Part shown: positions 51,111 through 61,570 of the stretch, piece by piece
Layout: each line of letters opens with the position of its first letter
Numbering within the stretch: position 1 is the stretch's first letter
Source of the DNA: Malacoraja senta
Lineage: Eukaryota
Direction of reading: 5' to 3'
DNA length: 64,000 nt
Assembly: GCA_038087875.1 (NCBI GenBank)
Contig: CM075978.1
Coordinates: forward strand, 162,254,001 to 162,318,000
Notes under the pieces: model-generated
Told to the model about the DNA's origin: nothing
The model's input: the letters and a program-made list of their open reading frames with translations, nothing else
The model's database searches: none
Made by a program: the position numbers and the translations under genes

Positions 51111-53243
51111 AACAATCCTGCTCTATAGTTCTCACTTTCAATATTTTTGGCAACAAGTCTTTGACATTGTCATTTCCCTAGCTGGGTACTTTGAAACATG
51201 ACGACCATCTGCGGAATTGTTCTACCACTCGATCAATGTAGCCGATGTGTGAGCTCTGCTGAATAATATCCAGCAATAGCTGGTCCGAAAATTTGATTCA
51301 AATATCGCAATATTTGCTGCCGGAAGATGTTTGAATTACAACAGGTGGAAAGCAGCACAAACACAAGCAGTGTCGTGGTGGATTTTTATATAAGAATTTT
51401 CTCCATCTACACAGTGGCAGTCTGATTTGTGAGAGGACAGAATCATTATTGTTGTGTAGATACTGAAGAACCAAGCCAGCTGCATAGTACAACATGCAAT
51501 GCACCTTACCATGCATACCAACCCCACATCAAGGCAAACTAATCATTCTGGTCTTCCACACTATGTTATTTTGCACCAGAGGTTCAACTGAGTGGTCACT
51601 GAGCTCTCTATGCTGGTCGTTGTTGTGTGAGCCTCAGTTATAAAAGTCTTGAATTAATCAGATGTGAAGGCAACACAGTTCAGTCCAATGTTGTAGCCAT
51701 TTGACATTATTGGACCTGGGAAGAGATCATCAGAAGACAATCAGGGGGAGTAGCACCACTTGAGTTTCCTCATGGTAAACAAAGGCTTTGGACTAAGCTG
51801 CTGTCCTCCTGCCAGTGTGCTAACCAAGATGACCTATCCCATCACTGAACAAGTCTCAGCCTGTGAGCTTCTTAGCCTGAGCAGTTCAGACACTCACAGA
51901 GACACTCAGCAGATGCTCAAGGGAGTCAAAACCAGGTCAAAAACTTGGAGCACAAACTCTAGAACTCTTTGGATATGCATGTGCTGTTGATCAAAAGCAA
52001 AGTTACAGTTTGACTTCTCAAAAAAAGTCACTAGCCCATCAGCTCATGACTTAAAGGACAAGGAACGGTAGGTAGGGCACAAACTGTTAAGGGAAAAAAA
52101 TTACAGGCATATAGAGCATCGCCTCTCATACTGTTGTGCTCAAGAACCCCACACATACCTGCCTAATATATGAATTTATCAATCTTAATTTCCACTGCAG
52201 GACAGGTATCCTTCTGCCCCTGGAAAATAACCCCAAATAGATCTGTGTCAAGTGGGGGAGGGGGAATGACATCTCACTACTCGCTGTCATGTGAGCAGTA
52301 AGGAAAGAACAGCCATGCTGTGCGAAAGGAAATCAATAGCAATGCACTGTGGTACTTATACAGTTTGTGGGTCAATAAAAGAAGGTTGAAGTTCCTTTAA
52401 TTCGATTCTCAGCAAAGTGTCCCCTTTGCCAATCGTTAAAGTTTAGTGAATAACACTTGCACAGCACAATCTACAGGTCCATATTGCCATCTCCGTTGCC
52501 AATATTCAGCAAAATCTTCGCAGTTAGTTGCCACTTTCACAAGAGATAGTTTTGCAACTATCTCACCTCCCCCCCCACCCCATAAAACACGCAGAACAAT
52601 ATTAGAAAACATCCTTTTACAAGACGGCCGAGGCTCCGTGAAGGCAGAAGCCAGCTGTGGACCTGCTGGTATCACTAGCTTTGTCAAATTTGAAGAAATG
52701 GAAGCTTCTTTAATCAATCAAGCTAAAAAATTACATCGGCAGGCAAATTGGTCTCATTTCTTCACAAATTGAAAGGTACACGTCTCAAGGTGGAGGGTCA
52801 CCATGTTCAGCTGTTATTCCTTTCCAAAGTTCTCCCTGACTTTTATTCAGCAGAGGTTGTGCTGCTTATCTTCCAGTCCATTGATGGTTAAAGTCAAGAA
52901 GTTTTTCAAGGTCAACAACAAATTAATGTATTGATTGCATATTAAAGTGTCATGTGATTAATATCCCTTTAGAAGTAATTAGTGTTACAGATCTCTGATA
53001 TTGCTACACTTTAAATAATGCATCTCTGAACACAGGCACCGTGTCAATCTTATTAAGTGAGACTACATGTCATATCACATGAAAACTAATTTGGAAACTG
53101 GGCAAGCTGCCTGCTGAATTTCTAAAAAAAATTGCATTCCAAATTAGCTATAGAGACATCTTTACTCTGCGGAGTTAAACACAGAACTTGTACAACAGTC
53201 TGCAGCAAATTGAGGCCTGATCCAGAGAGATAAGTTAAAAAAA

Positions 53244-53448
53244 GAGACACAAAAAGCTGGAGTAACTCAGCGGGACAGGCAGCATCTCTGGAGAGAAGGA
53301 ATGGGTGACGTTTCAGGTCGAGACCCTTCTTTTGTCTGAAGACGTCACCCATTCCTTCTCTCCAGAGATGCTGCCTGTCCCGCTGAGTTACTCCAGCTTT
53401 TGGTGTCTATCTTCGGTTTAAACCAGCATCTACAGTTCTTTCTTACAC
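53244..53448. mobile_element. Fold-back Penelope-like end with 60-bp perfect arms
   Basis: 53252-53311 is the exact reverse complement of 53342-53401; 30-nt loop. Confidence 0.92.
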
Positions 53449-54616
53449 AGATAAGTAAAAAGATTGTCTTTCTTCTTCATATTTACCTTGCTAATAATAC
53501 TCTCTGCAGTGGACTCATAATGGGAGAAGGGGTAGAGCGCTTAAAGAATTGGATAGCCCTAGTAAACAGGCCAATGCATCATTTCCATAAAGTAACATCC
53601 AGCTTATGCAGTCCACTTTGACCTAGAAATTAAATTGTGTGACGTTTATTACCATGCTGTGCAACCGAAAATGTCTTTCACAGTGTTAAATACGCTTACG
53701 GCCATTTTGTGTGGTTTCAAACAAGAAATTAGACCAGGCATTTCAATATTAGATATGCATCATGTTACATCATTCCAATGTGCATCACTCTTATGGAAAA
53801 TCTGATCATGTTATATCAAGAGAGACCATAGACCACTTCCAAGATCACTTATCTTCACAATGCAGCACAACGCATTCTAAAGCAGGTCTCATTCTTAGCT
53901 ATTCACCTTTGGTCTCTTTTCTGCCTCTCTCTGTCAACTGAAGCCCTCCTTGATCTCCTCACCAGTCTAAGCCGCAACCATCCCAGCATTTCCCACCCTC
54001 CCTCCAGCTACCCAATTTCTTTGGCCACTCCTCAGCCAATATCTCCATCCTTCCAACTGGCCCAGCTTCTCCATCCATCAGCCTCTTCCCTAACCCTCAA
54101 GCCTCCACTGAAGATCTCAATCTCTATCGTCGCTTCCGCCTCAATGTCCCCTGTCCTAATCACTGACATCTATTCCCCACAGGCCCCATCCCTCATCATT
54201 GATCCAGTTCTAATGATCTGCGTTCAACGATACACGACACCAATGAACGTACCCATATCTATCAAGAACCTTGAATTTGCTGCCAGCTATACATCTTGCA
54301 CAACAATTATGGACTCACATTTACTCTCTTCCTTTAAGTGGTGTACAACCACAGTGATCAGTAACTACCAGACTGATCGGATACAGCTGGATTATTGGGA
54401 TGGTCATTTTATAACAAGATCAGTGGTCGAGCTGAAAGTCACAAAATTAATAGTATTGCCAGACCGATTTTTTCTTTCCACAAACTACTTTCCCTCACTC
54501 TATACTCTCTTACCTCTTCAAGTAAATGGTGCGGGCATGAACCATTACTTCCTCGCCTAGCCAAGCTACAAACCATCCCGTATCCCATACTTATTTCAGA
54601 TTCCCCAAAATGTCAG

Positions 54617-54903
54617 ATTCAGATCTTGCCACCAGCTGTAAGATGACTTCAACAAGACAAAGGAGATGGTGATCGACTTCAGGAAGAAAGGCGGTACACA
54701 TACCGCATTTTGCGTTGACGGTGCCGAGTTCTTGGGAGTAAATATCACCAACAACTTCTCCTGGGCCACCATATTGAAGCAACGACCAAGAAAGCACACC
54801 AACGCCTCTACTTCCTTAGAAGGCTTAGCAAGTTTGGCATGTCCCCAACAACTCTTACCAACTTCTGCAAATGTGCCGTGGAAAGCATTTTATCAGGATG
54901 CAT
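54617..54903 (+). mobile_element. Rex1/Babar-type RT fragment
   Basis: NKTKEMVIDFRK, FLGVNITNNFSW, KAHQRLYFLRRLSKF. Confidence 0.9.
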
Positions 54904-55059
54904 GGTGAAGGTGCCAGAATGGCAATGAGCATGGCAAAATATCCACCTCAATGGAATTAGATGTCGGCTTTGATGGCGCATTCTATAAGAGAAAGCTAAA
55001 GATGCTACATAATGAAATAAATAGTGAGATGGGAAACCTGCCAAGTTCATTGTAAAGCA

Positions 55060-55158
55060 GCAAAAAACAAAATGCTGGAGGAACTCAAATAGGCCAGGCA
55101 GCATGTGTGAAGGGAAATGGGCATTTTGTGTTTCGGATCAGGACCCTTCTTCAGACTC
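55060..55158 (-). mobile_element. Penelope-like 3' end
   Basis: aaaatgctggaggaactc...tttcggatcaggacccttcttcagac. Confidence 0.75.
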
Positions 55159-55354
55159 ACTGCCAAGGAGTATGGACCAGCCGTCCTAGACTGACTGCTC
55201 AGTTTAGTCCCAGTTTAGTTTAGTTTATTGTCACGTGCATTGAGGTACAGTGAAAAGCTTTTGTTGCGTGCTAACCAGTCAGTGGTTACGTGATTACATG
55301 ATTACATACATACATACTAAATACATGACTACAGCATGAGGTAGAAATGGAGTC

Positions 55355-55750
55355 ATTTATTGGAAGGGAGGTTGGTTTGTGTGATGGTCTGGGCTACGTC
55401 CACAATTTGCTGCAATTTCTTGTGGTCTTGGATGGTCTTGGTTCGCAAACCAAGCTTTGATGCATCCTGATAAAATGCTTTCCAAGGCACATTTGCAGAA
55501 GTTGGTAAGAGTTGTAGGGGACATGCTAAACTTGCTAAGCCTCCTGAGGAAGTAGAGGCGTTGGTGTACTTTCTTGGTCGTTGCTTCAATATGGTGGCCC
55601 AGGAGAAGTTGTTGGTGATATTGACTTGGAATTTGATGTTTTTAATCGTCAATGCAAACCTGGGTATGTGTACTGCTTCACTTCCTGAAGTCGATCACCA
55701 TCTCCTTTGTCTTGCTGAAGTCCTCTTTCAGCTGGTGGCAAGACCTGAAT
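55355..55750 (-). mobile_element. Rex1/Babar-type RT fragment, inverted partner of 54617
   Basis: Minus ORF VNITNNFSW...QDHKKLQQIVDVAQTITQTNLPS. Confidence 0.9.
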
Positions 55751-56490
55751 TCTTATGACATAATGTTATGCAGCCGGCCACCGTGAGTCTTTCCACTTGG
55801 CAGGGTCTTCCCCTGTGTGTCCCAGCAGCAAAATCAGTATAGGAGCAATAACAATAGTTGGCTCCATCATACTTCCTAGCCGGCATTGCTGGCTGACTCC
55901 CCACATATGAGGGGGTTACCCACCAGAATCATAAGCCTTGGCATCAGTCAATAGGTGGTACGTGGTACAGTTGTCTGCCAGAGAATGGAGAATGACTGGC
56001 CTGGAATTAACCTGTAGATTTCACTGCTTTTGATTAGGCGTGAACTGGACACTGTGGGCGTGGGATTCTCATCGTCCCTGTACATGTTGCACCTGCAAAA
56101 CAACCTACACGATTAGTGATATTCCAGGACATGACGCACAACCCCTGATAATAGAGCCCGAAAGGTAGTATTTCTCTGTGTGAATAGAGAAGATGTGTAC
56201 ACACAATATTGGGTGGCAAGCTGTGCGATGTTGCAGATATTTCCAGTTTAAGCCCGGAAGCTACCAGATGCATGGAATTCCAATGCTATGGTCTCATGAC
56301 TGGCACAACAATCCTTCCCTGCGTTGAGTTCGGTTGTGGTTGTGGTGGATGACAAATTTCAGAGATAACATCCTCAGTCAAGTGCATATCCTGTTATTCT
56401 CCCTTGCTGAAATTTAGGTTGGAAAATTGCTCCGGGACGATTCTATAAAGTCTGGATACACAAACTGATACTTGTGTGTCCACCGGCATT

Positions 56491-56802
56491 GGGGCGACAC
56501 GGTGGCGCTGCGATAGAGTTGCTGCCTTGCAGCACCAGAGACTCGGGTTCAATCCTGACTATGGATCCTGTCTGTACTGAGTTTGTATGTTCTCCCTATT
56601 ATTGTGAGGGTTTTCTCCAGCCGCACTGGTTTCCCCCCACAGCCCAAAGACGTACGGGTTTTTAGATTAATTGGTTTAGTTAAAAATTGTAAATTGTTCC
56701 TAGTATGTAGGATAGTGCCAGTGTACAGGGCGATCACTGGTCAGCACGGTCTCAGTGGGCCGAAAGGCTTGTTTCCACACTGTGTCTCTAAAGTCTAAAG
56801 TC
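56491..56802 (+). mobile_element. HE1 SINE, full length
   Basis: cggtggcgctgcgatagag A box, gggttcaatcc B box, (CTAAAGT)n tail. Confidence 0.9.
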
Positions 56803-57889
56803 TATCCACCCTAACTCCCCAAATGCACAAACATATCTGTGCATTCAGTACCCTTGAATAGATCACTCCAACAGTGAACACAACCCTATGGCACTTTGTT
56901 GCCTGCAACATAATTATTCTCAGGACAGACCCAAATAAACCTAAATTAAGCTGTTTTTACTCCAAAGAACCAAAATTATAATCATAGAGTTACACAGCAG
57001 GGAAACAGGCTCATCATCCCACCTTATCCATGCCAACCACAAATATATAAATTATAAAAACATACATTTTTATTAACAAAACTCGAAAAATAAGGCACAT
57101 TTTTTCCTTCAGTTTATGCAATTGTATTCCTGATGCCACTTACAGTCACAGGAGATGTGTGCAACAGAGGACTTTTCAGATATCCAGACTTCCTTTCCTT
57201 TAACCTGCACGCTGCTTCATAATTTGCTCAGACCAAGGATTAAGAATATATCACAAGATTTACGAACCTCTTTTTATTTTATCATGACCTCTCAATCAGC
57301 TGGCTGTGGGTTGTGGGCATCAGATTTAATCTGTGAGTGGGAAGGTTTACATAGCCAGAGGCTGAATCAAATTGCAGCAGAGCAGCTGGGAGTATAGGTC
57401 ATGCGAGGAAGGGGCTTTTCTCTTGTCAACCATCAATATTTTAGTTCTGCAGCATTTACTGGAGAATCGGCAGCACATTTGATACTTGGTGGCAATTTCT
57501 GTCCCGCTGCTGTTCTGTTTATGGTGAAAATGATGACGGGAGCTCAGCAAATGATCCTGCTTTTAAGAAAAGCCACAGCCAAAGAGACACAGCCAAGGTG
57601 AAATTTGGGACTCGTTTGACATAGGCAGCTTGCATTGTCACCATGGAGCCTCGATGAGCTGCTATGCTAACTTATTATTTGACTTTAGTACTATTTATTT
57701 GCAGAAGTTAGAATGCAACAAGACTCCAAGTGATTTGGCCAGAGACTTCTGGAGGGAGTGATGAGAATTGCTCTTGAAGCAGGTTGTCCTGTCATCATGT
57801 CCATCTGCTTTGCTCCCCCCTCCCCCCCCCCCCCAACCTCCTGCATATCTTGGACTTCTCTGTTGACCATGATCAATTTTCTTCATGAA

Positions 57890-58482
57890 TGTTCTCGTTA
57901 TAGGAGTAGAATTAGGCCATTCGACCCATCAAGTCTACTCCGCCATTCAATTATGGCTGAACTATCTCTTCCTCCTAAGCCCATTCTCCTGCCTTCTCCC
58001 CATAACCTATGACACCAGTACTAATCAAGAATATATCTATCTCTGCCTTAAAAATATCCACTGACATCCTCCACAGCCCTCTGTGGCAAAGAATTCCACA
58101 GATTAACTAACTCCGACTAATGACGTTTCTCCTCACCTCCTTTCTAAAAGAGCCCTCTTTAATTCTGAGGCTATGACCTCTGGTCCTAGACTCCCCCACC
58201 AGTGGAAACATCCATTCCATCCAGTCTTTCATTATTCTGTAAGTCTCAGAGGTTCCCCATCAACCTTCTAAACTCCAGCTAGTAGAGACCCAGTGCTATC
58301 AAACACTCATCGCATGCTAACCCACTCATTCTTGGAATCATTCTTGTAAACCTCCTCTGGACTCTCTCCAGAGCCAACACATTCTTCCTCAGATATGGGG
58401 CCCAAATTTGCTCAAAGTATTCCAAATGTGGCCTGACCAGCGCCTTATAGAGCCTCAGCATTACATCTCTGATTTTGTATTC
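57890..58482 (-). mobile_element. CR1 LINE 3' fragment
   Basis: ORF 58279-58461 MLRLYKALVRPHLEYFEQIWAPYLRKNVLALERVQRRFTRMIP. Confidence 0.95.
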
Positions 58483-58896
58483 CTGTTCCCCGTTTAACTG
58501 ATAGTAGCTCCTCCCTCTTAGCAGGGTCTACCCTCCGATATTGCCCTAAAACTGCTGCCATGTCCCCAACAGTGTTTATTCCAAATTTACATAATGCTCT
58601 CCAAATCAGTGTGCATCCTTCCCGAATGCACATTAGAACACTGCCAATCAGATTCCGAGTCACAGCCCTTTTTATAGAAATGAATTGTATCCTATATTGA
58701 CCCTGACCTGAGAAAATCATCCCACCTCATTCTTCTCAATTCTATGTGCAATCTGTGTAACCATTGCCTTCCAGTATATCTCTCCCTTCATTCACCTGGA
58801 TATCTTGTTACCTATCCAGATGCTGCACAGTCACCTCTGGTGAAGCCTTGAGATTTATCCATGTCTTTTTCCTGTTTCTTGTCCATATGCTGCCAG

Positions 58897-58933
<37 letters not shown>

Positions 58934-59204
58934 GTTGAAAACATCAACGGGCACGGTGCCTTACAATGCTATGTACGACAGTGATCGCAACTTCTACTGA
59001 AGCGTGGATGGCCGTTGGCTCACTAGGAGCTCATCCGCCCTTTGACAGGTCTTGTTTTTGGTCCTGCTGGGGGTCCACAGCCCCCTCCTCACCAGGCAAA
59101 CCAGGTGGGGGAGACGGTCTAGTCGCCGACTATCCTACCATGGAGCAGGTAGCACGGGATTACATGGTACCCGTGGCGGGGGGAAACTCCCCCCGACGTG
59201 ACTC
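58897..59204 (-). mobile_element. Young unclassified short retroposon with (GAT)12 tail, possibly an RTE-derived non-autonomous element
   Basis: (CAT)12 at 58897-58932 on plus; CpG-rich body; near-direct flanks cagcatcatca / cagcaacatca; multiple hairpins; no Pol III boxes seen. Confidence 0.6.
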
Positions 59205-59486
59205 CAGCAGCAACATCACCCTAAATCACCTAGAAAATATTAACCATGCAATGTAGCAGCATGTTGATTTCTATGTTGATTTCTGCTTCTAAACTACGGC
59301 CATTGATGTTACTTCAACCTTACAACATCCAGCCCTCCATCAAATTCTGTTCCCTCATTGTAGCCTCCGGCCCTCTCTCTGACCACAGTCAAAGGCTGGT
59401 CCAAACCATTACTAACCTAACTGAGATGAGCTTGTGATTACCTACCACTCCCTCATTAAGACTAGATATACTTCCATTTCCACAAC

Positions 59487-59585
59487 AGGGCAGCATTGTG
59501 GCATAGGAGTAGAGTTGCTACCTTACAGCGCCAGAGACTCAGATTTGATCCTGACCATGGGTGCTGTCTGTGCGGAGTTTGCACA
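59487..59585 (+). mobile_element. HE1 SINE 5' fragment
   Basis: gggcagcattgtggc...gtagagttgctaccttacagcgccagagac. Confidence 0.8.
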
Positions 59586-59767
59586 GACTAACCACACTGT
59601 CAAATAAATTAAGCCTTTTCTACGCAGCAGCTAACAGATGAAGGTTATCTTAGCATAATGGAGGGCATTGCAGAGCAAACTGACTCAGAGAACGTTGATA
59701 CTGAGGTAACAAAAACAAGAATGGGGATTTCACCTGCAGATGAGCAAGGCCAGAGTTGAATAATATT

Positions 59768-59908
59768 TCGTTTAGTTTAGAGACACAGAGTGGAAACGGG
59801 CACTTCGGCCCATCGAGTCCGTGCTACCAGTGATCACCCGTACATTAGTTCTATCATACTCACCAGGGACAATTTACAGAAGCCTATTAACCTACAAACC
59901 TGCACGTC
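59768..59908 (-). mobile_element. HE1 SINE 3' fragment
   Basis: gtttagtttagagacacagagtggaaacggg...aacctacaaacctgcacgtc. Confidence 0.8.
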
Positions 59909-60107
59909 TGAGGCCTATGCTCAACAAATATCAACCTGTCTGACAGCTCCAGTTGGCTTTCCCCCAAATACTAGAACGCATTAAGATGTATGTAGATTGT
60001 ACAAATGAAGCCAATTCTATCATGTAGATAGTAAAATCCATTTTGCCAAATCGGAATAGTATTTGTGCATAAGGATGTCCTGAGGAAGTGGAGGAAGGCA
60101 TGCAAAT

Positions 60108-60375
60108 CTCATAGGTCATAAGGTCATGTGATAGGAGTAGAATTAGGCCATTTGACCCATCAAGTCTACTCTGCCATTCAATTATGGCTGAACTATCTCT
60201 TCCTCCTAACCCCATTCTCCTGCCTTCTCCCCATAACCTCTGACAGTACTAATCAAGAATCTATCTATTTCTGCCTTAAAAATATCCACTGACGTCCTCG
60301 ACAGCCTTCTGTGGCAAAGAATTCCACAGATTCTCCACCTTCTGACTAAAGAAATTCTCATCTCCTTCCTAAAAG
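60108..60375 (-). mobile_element. CR1 LINE 3' tail fragment
   Basis: cataggtcataaggtcat tail, CR1 3' UTR and reverse-strand FFSQKVENLWNSLPQK. Confidence 0.9.
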
Positions 60376-60714
60376 ATTAAGGGATATCCACCTTTACATT
60401 ATTACAAAACAGTGTTAGAAAGGAACTTCAGAAAGGAACCTCTTGCAATTTTTCCTCAACTGGAAGTGAGTTTGACTTATTTATTGTTATAGCATGTGAT
60501 TTATTGAACCAATAGCCCCAAATTAGTTCAAATTTCATCATGAACTTGAATTCATTTTTAGAATTTTAAATAAAAGCCTGGTATTAGTAGAGGTGATTGT
60601 GAAGTTATTGCAAAAAACCCTAATGGTCCACTAATGTGCTTTAAGAATGAGAAGCTTCCTTTCTCACTGAGTCTGTTGTTTAATCCTACATCGTCTGGTT
60701 GAAGTTGAATCCTA

Positions 60715-60812
60715 CATCAGTTTGAAGAAGGGTTCCGACCCGAAACGTCGCCTATTCCTTCGCCCCATAGATGCTGCCTCACCCATTGAGTTTCTCCAGC
60801 ATTTTAACTTCT
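60715..60812 (+). mobile_element. Penelope-like end with hammerhead motif, inserted in an ancient SINE-like repeat
   Basis: TTGAAGA-A-GGGTT cc GACCC-GAAA-CGTC (C3U core change); TCTGGTTGA occurs on both sides. Confidence 0.75.
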
Positions 60813-61254
60813 TCTGGTTGATTATTAGTTGTCCACTGAAGCCAGTTTCAAATGGTTTATACTAGAATGGGTCTCTCAAATTCTCAAGAAAATAACAGAT
60901 GGATATCACACATGCCTTAAGTATGAACATAACAAAACTAACACTGATGCATTCCTCTTGTAAGAGGATTTAAATTGGTTCATCAAATCGCTGACAATGC
61001 TGGAGTATTTTCGGGTTGATTAGGACAATCAGGTTCCTGATTCTCCTGGGAATAAGGCAGATCTATTATGAAGGTTTATCCTGGTTAATTTATCCTCCAA
61101 AGGCATCCCTTGTCTGCTCGCTAGCACGTGGAAGGTGCAATATGAGACAACAGCCAGCCTGAAGGTAAGTCTAGCTGGACGATGCAACACCCTACTAAAT
61201 CAAGTTGGTCATTCCTTCCTATTCTTGTCCTCCCAAAATAATTGCAACATTCAG

Positions 61255-61570
61255 GAGGCACATTGGCACTTTGGCAGTAGTGCTCCCATATCTCCAGCAG
61301 CCCAGATTTGATCCTGAGCTCTGGTGCTGCCTGTGGGGAATTTGAATGTACTCCATGCGAATTTCCTCCATGTGCTCCATTGTCTTCCTACATCAGACAT
61401 GTGGGTTGTAGTTTGCTCAGCCACTGTAAATTACCTCTGATGTTCAGGTGAGGGGTAGAATCTGGGGAAAGTTGATGGGTGTGCGGGGAGAAGAATGATG
61501 GGGAGTTTGTGTAAATGTGTACTTCATGGTCCGCACAGACCTGCTGGACCTTTGTCTCTGCCTTACAACT
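61255..61570 (+). mobile_element. Old, diverged V-SINE-type copy
   Basis: gatttgatcctgagctctggtgctgcctgtggggaatttg...cactgtaaattacctct. Confidence 0.6.

Noticed and set aside
54021-54560. Longest ORF (179 aa)
   Set aside because: Non-ATG start in a CT-rich, probably decayed LINE-like region; no recognisable domain
59005-59040. Hammerhead in the (GAT)n element (minus CGGATGA-GCTC ctagt GAGC-CAAC)
   Set aside because: The geometry is suggestive but both essential core boxes deviate (CGGA for CUGA, CAAC for GAAA)
61126-61170. 40-nt exon ending at AAG|gtaagt
   Set aside because: Mediocre acceptor; joining it in frame to the 62849 candidate gives a stop
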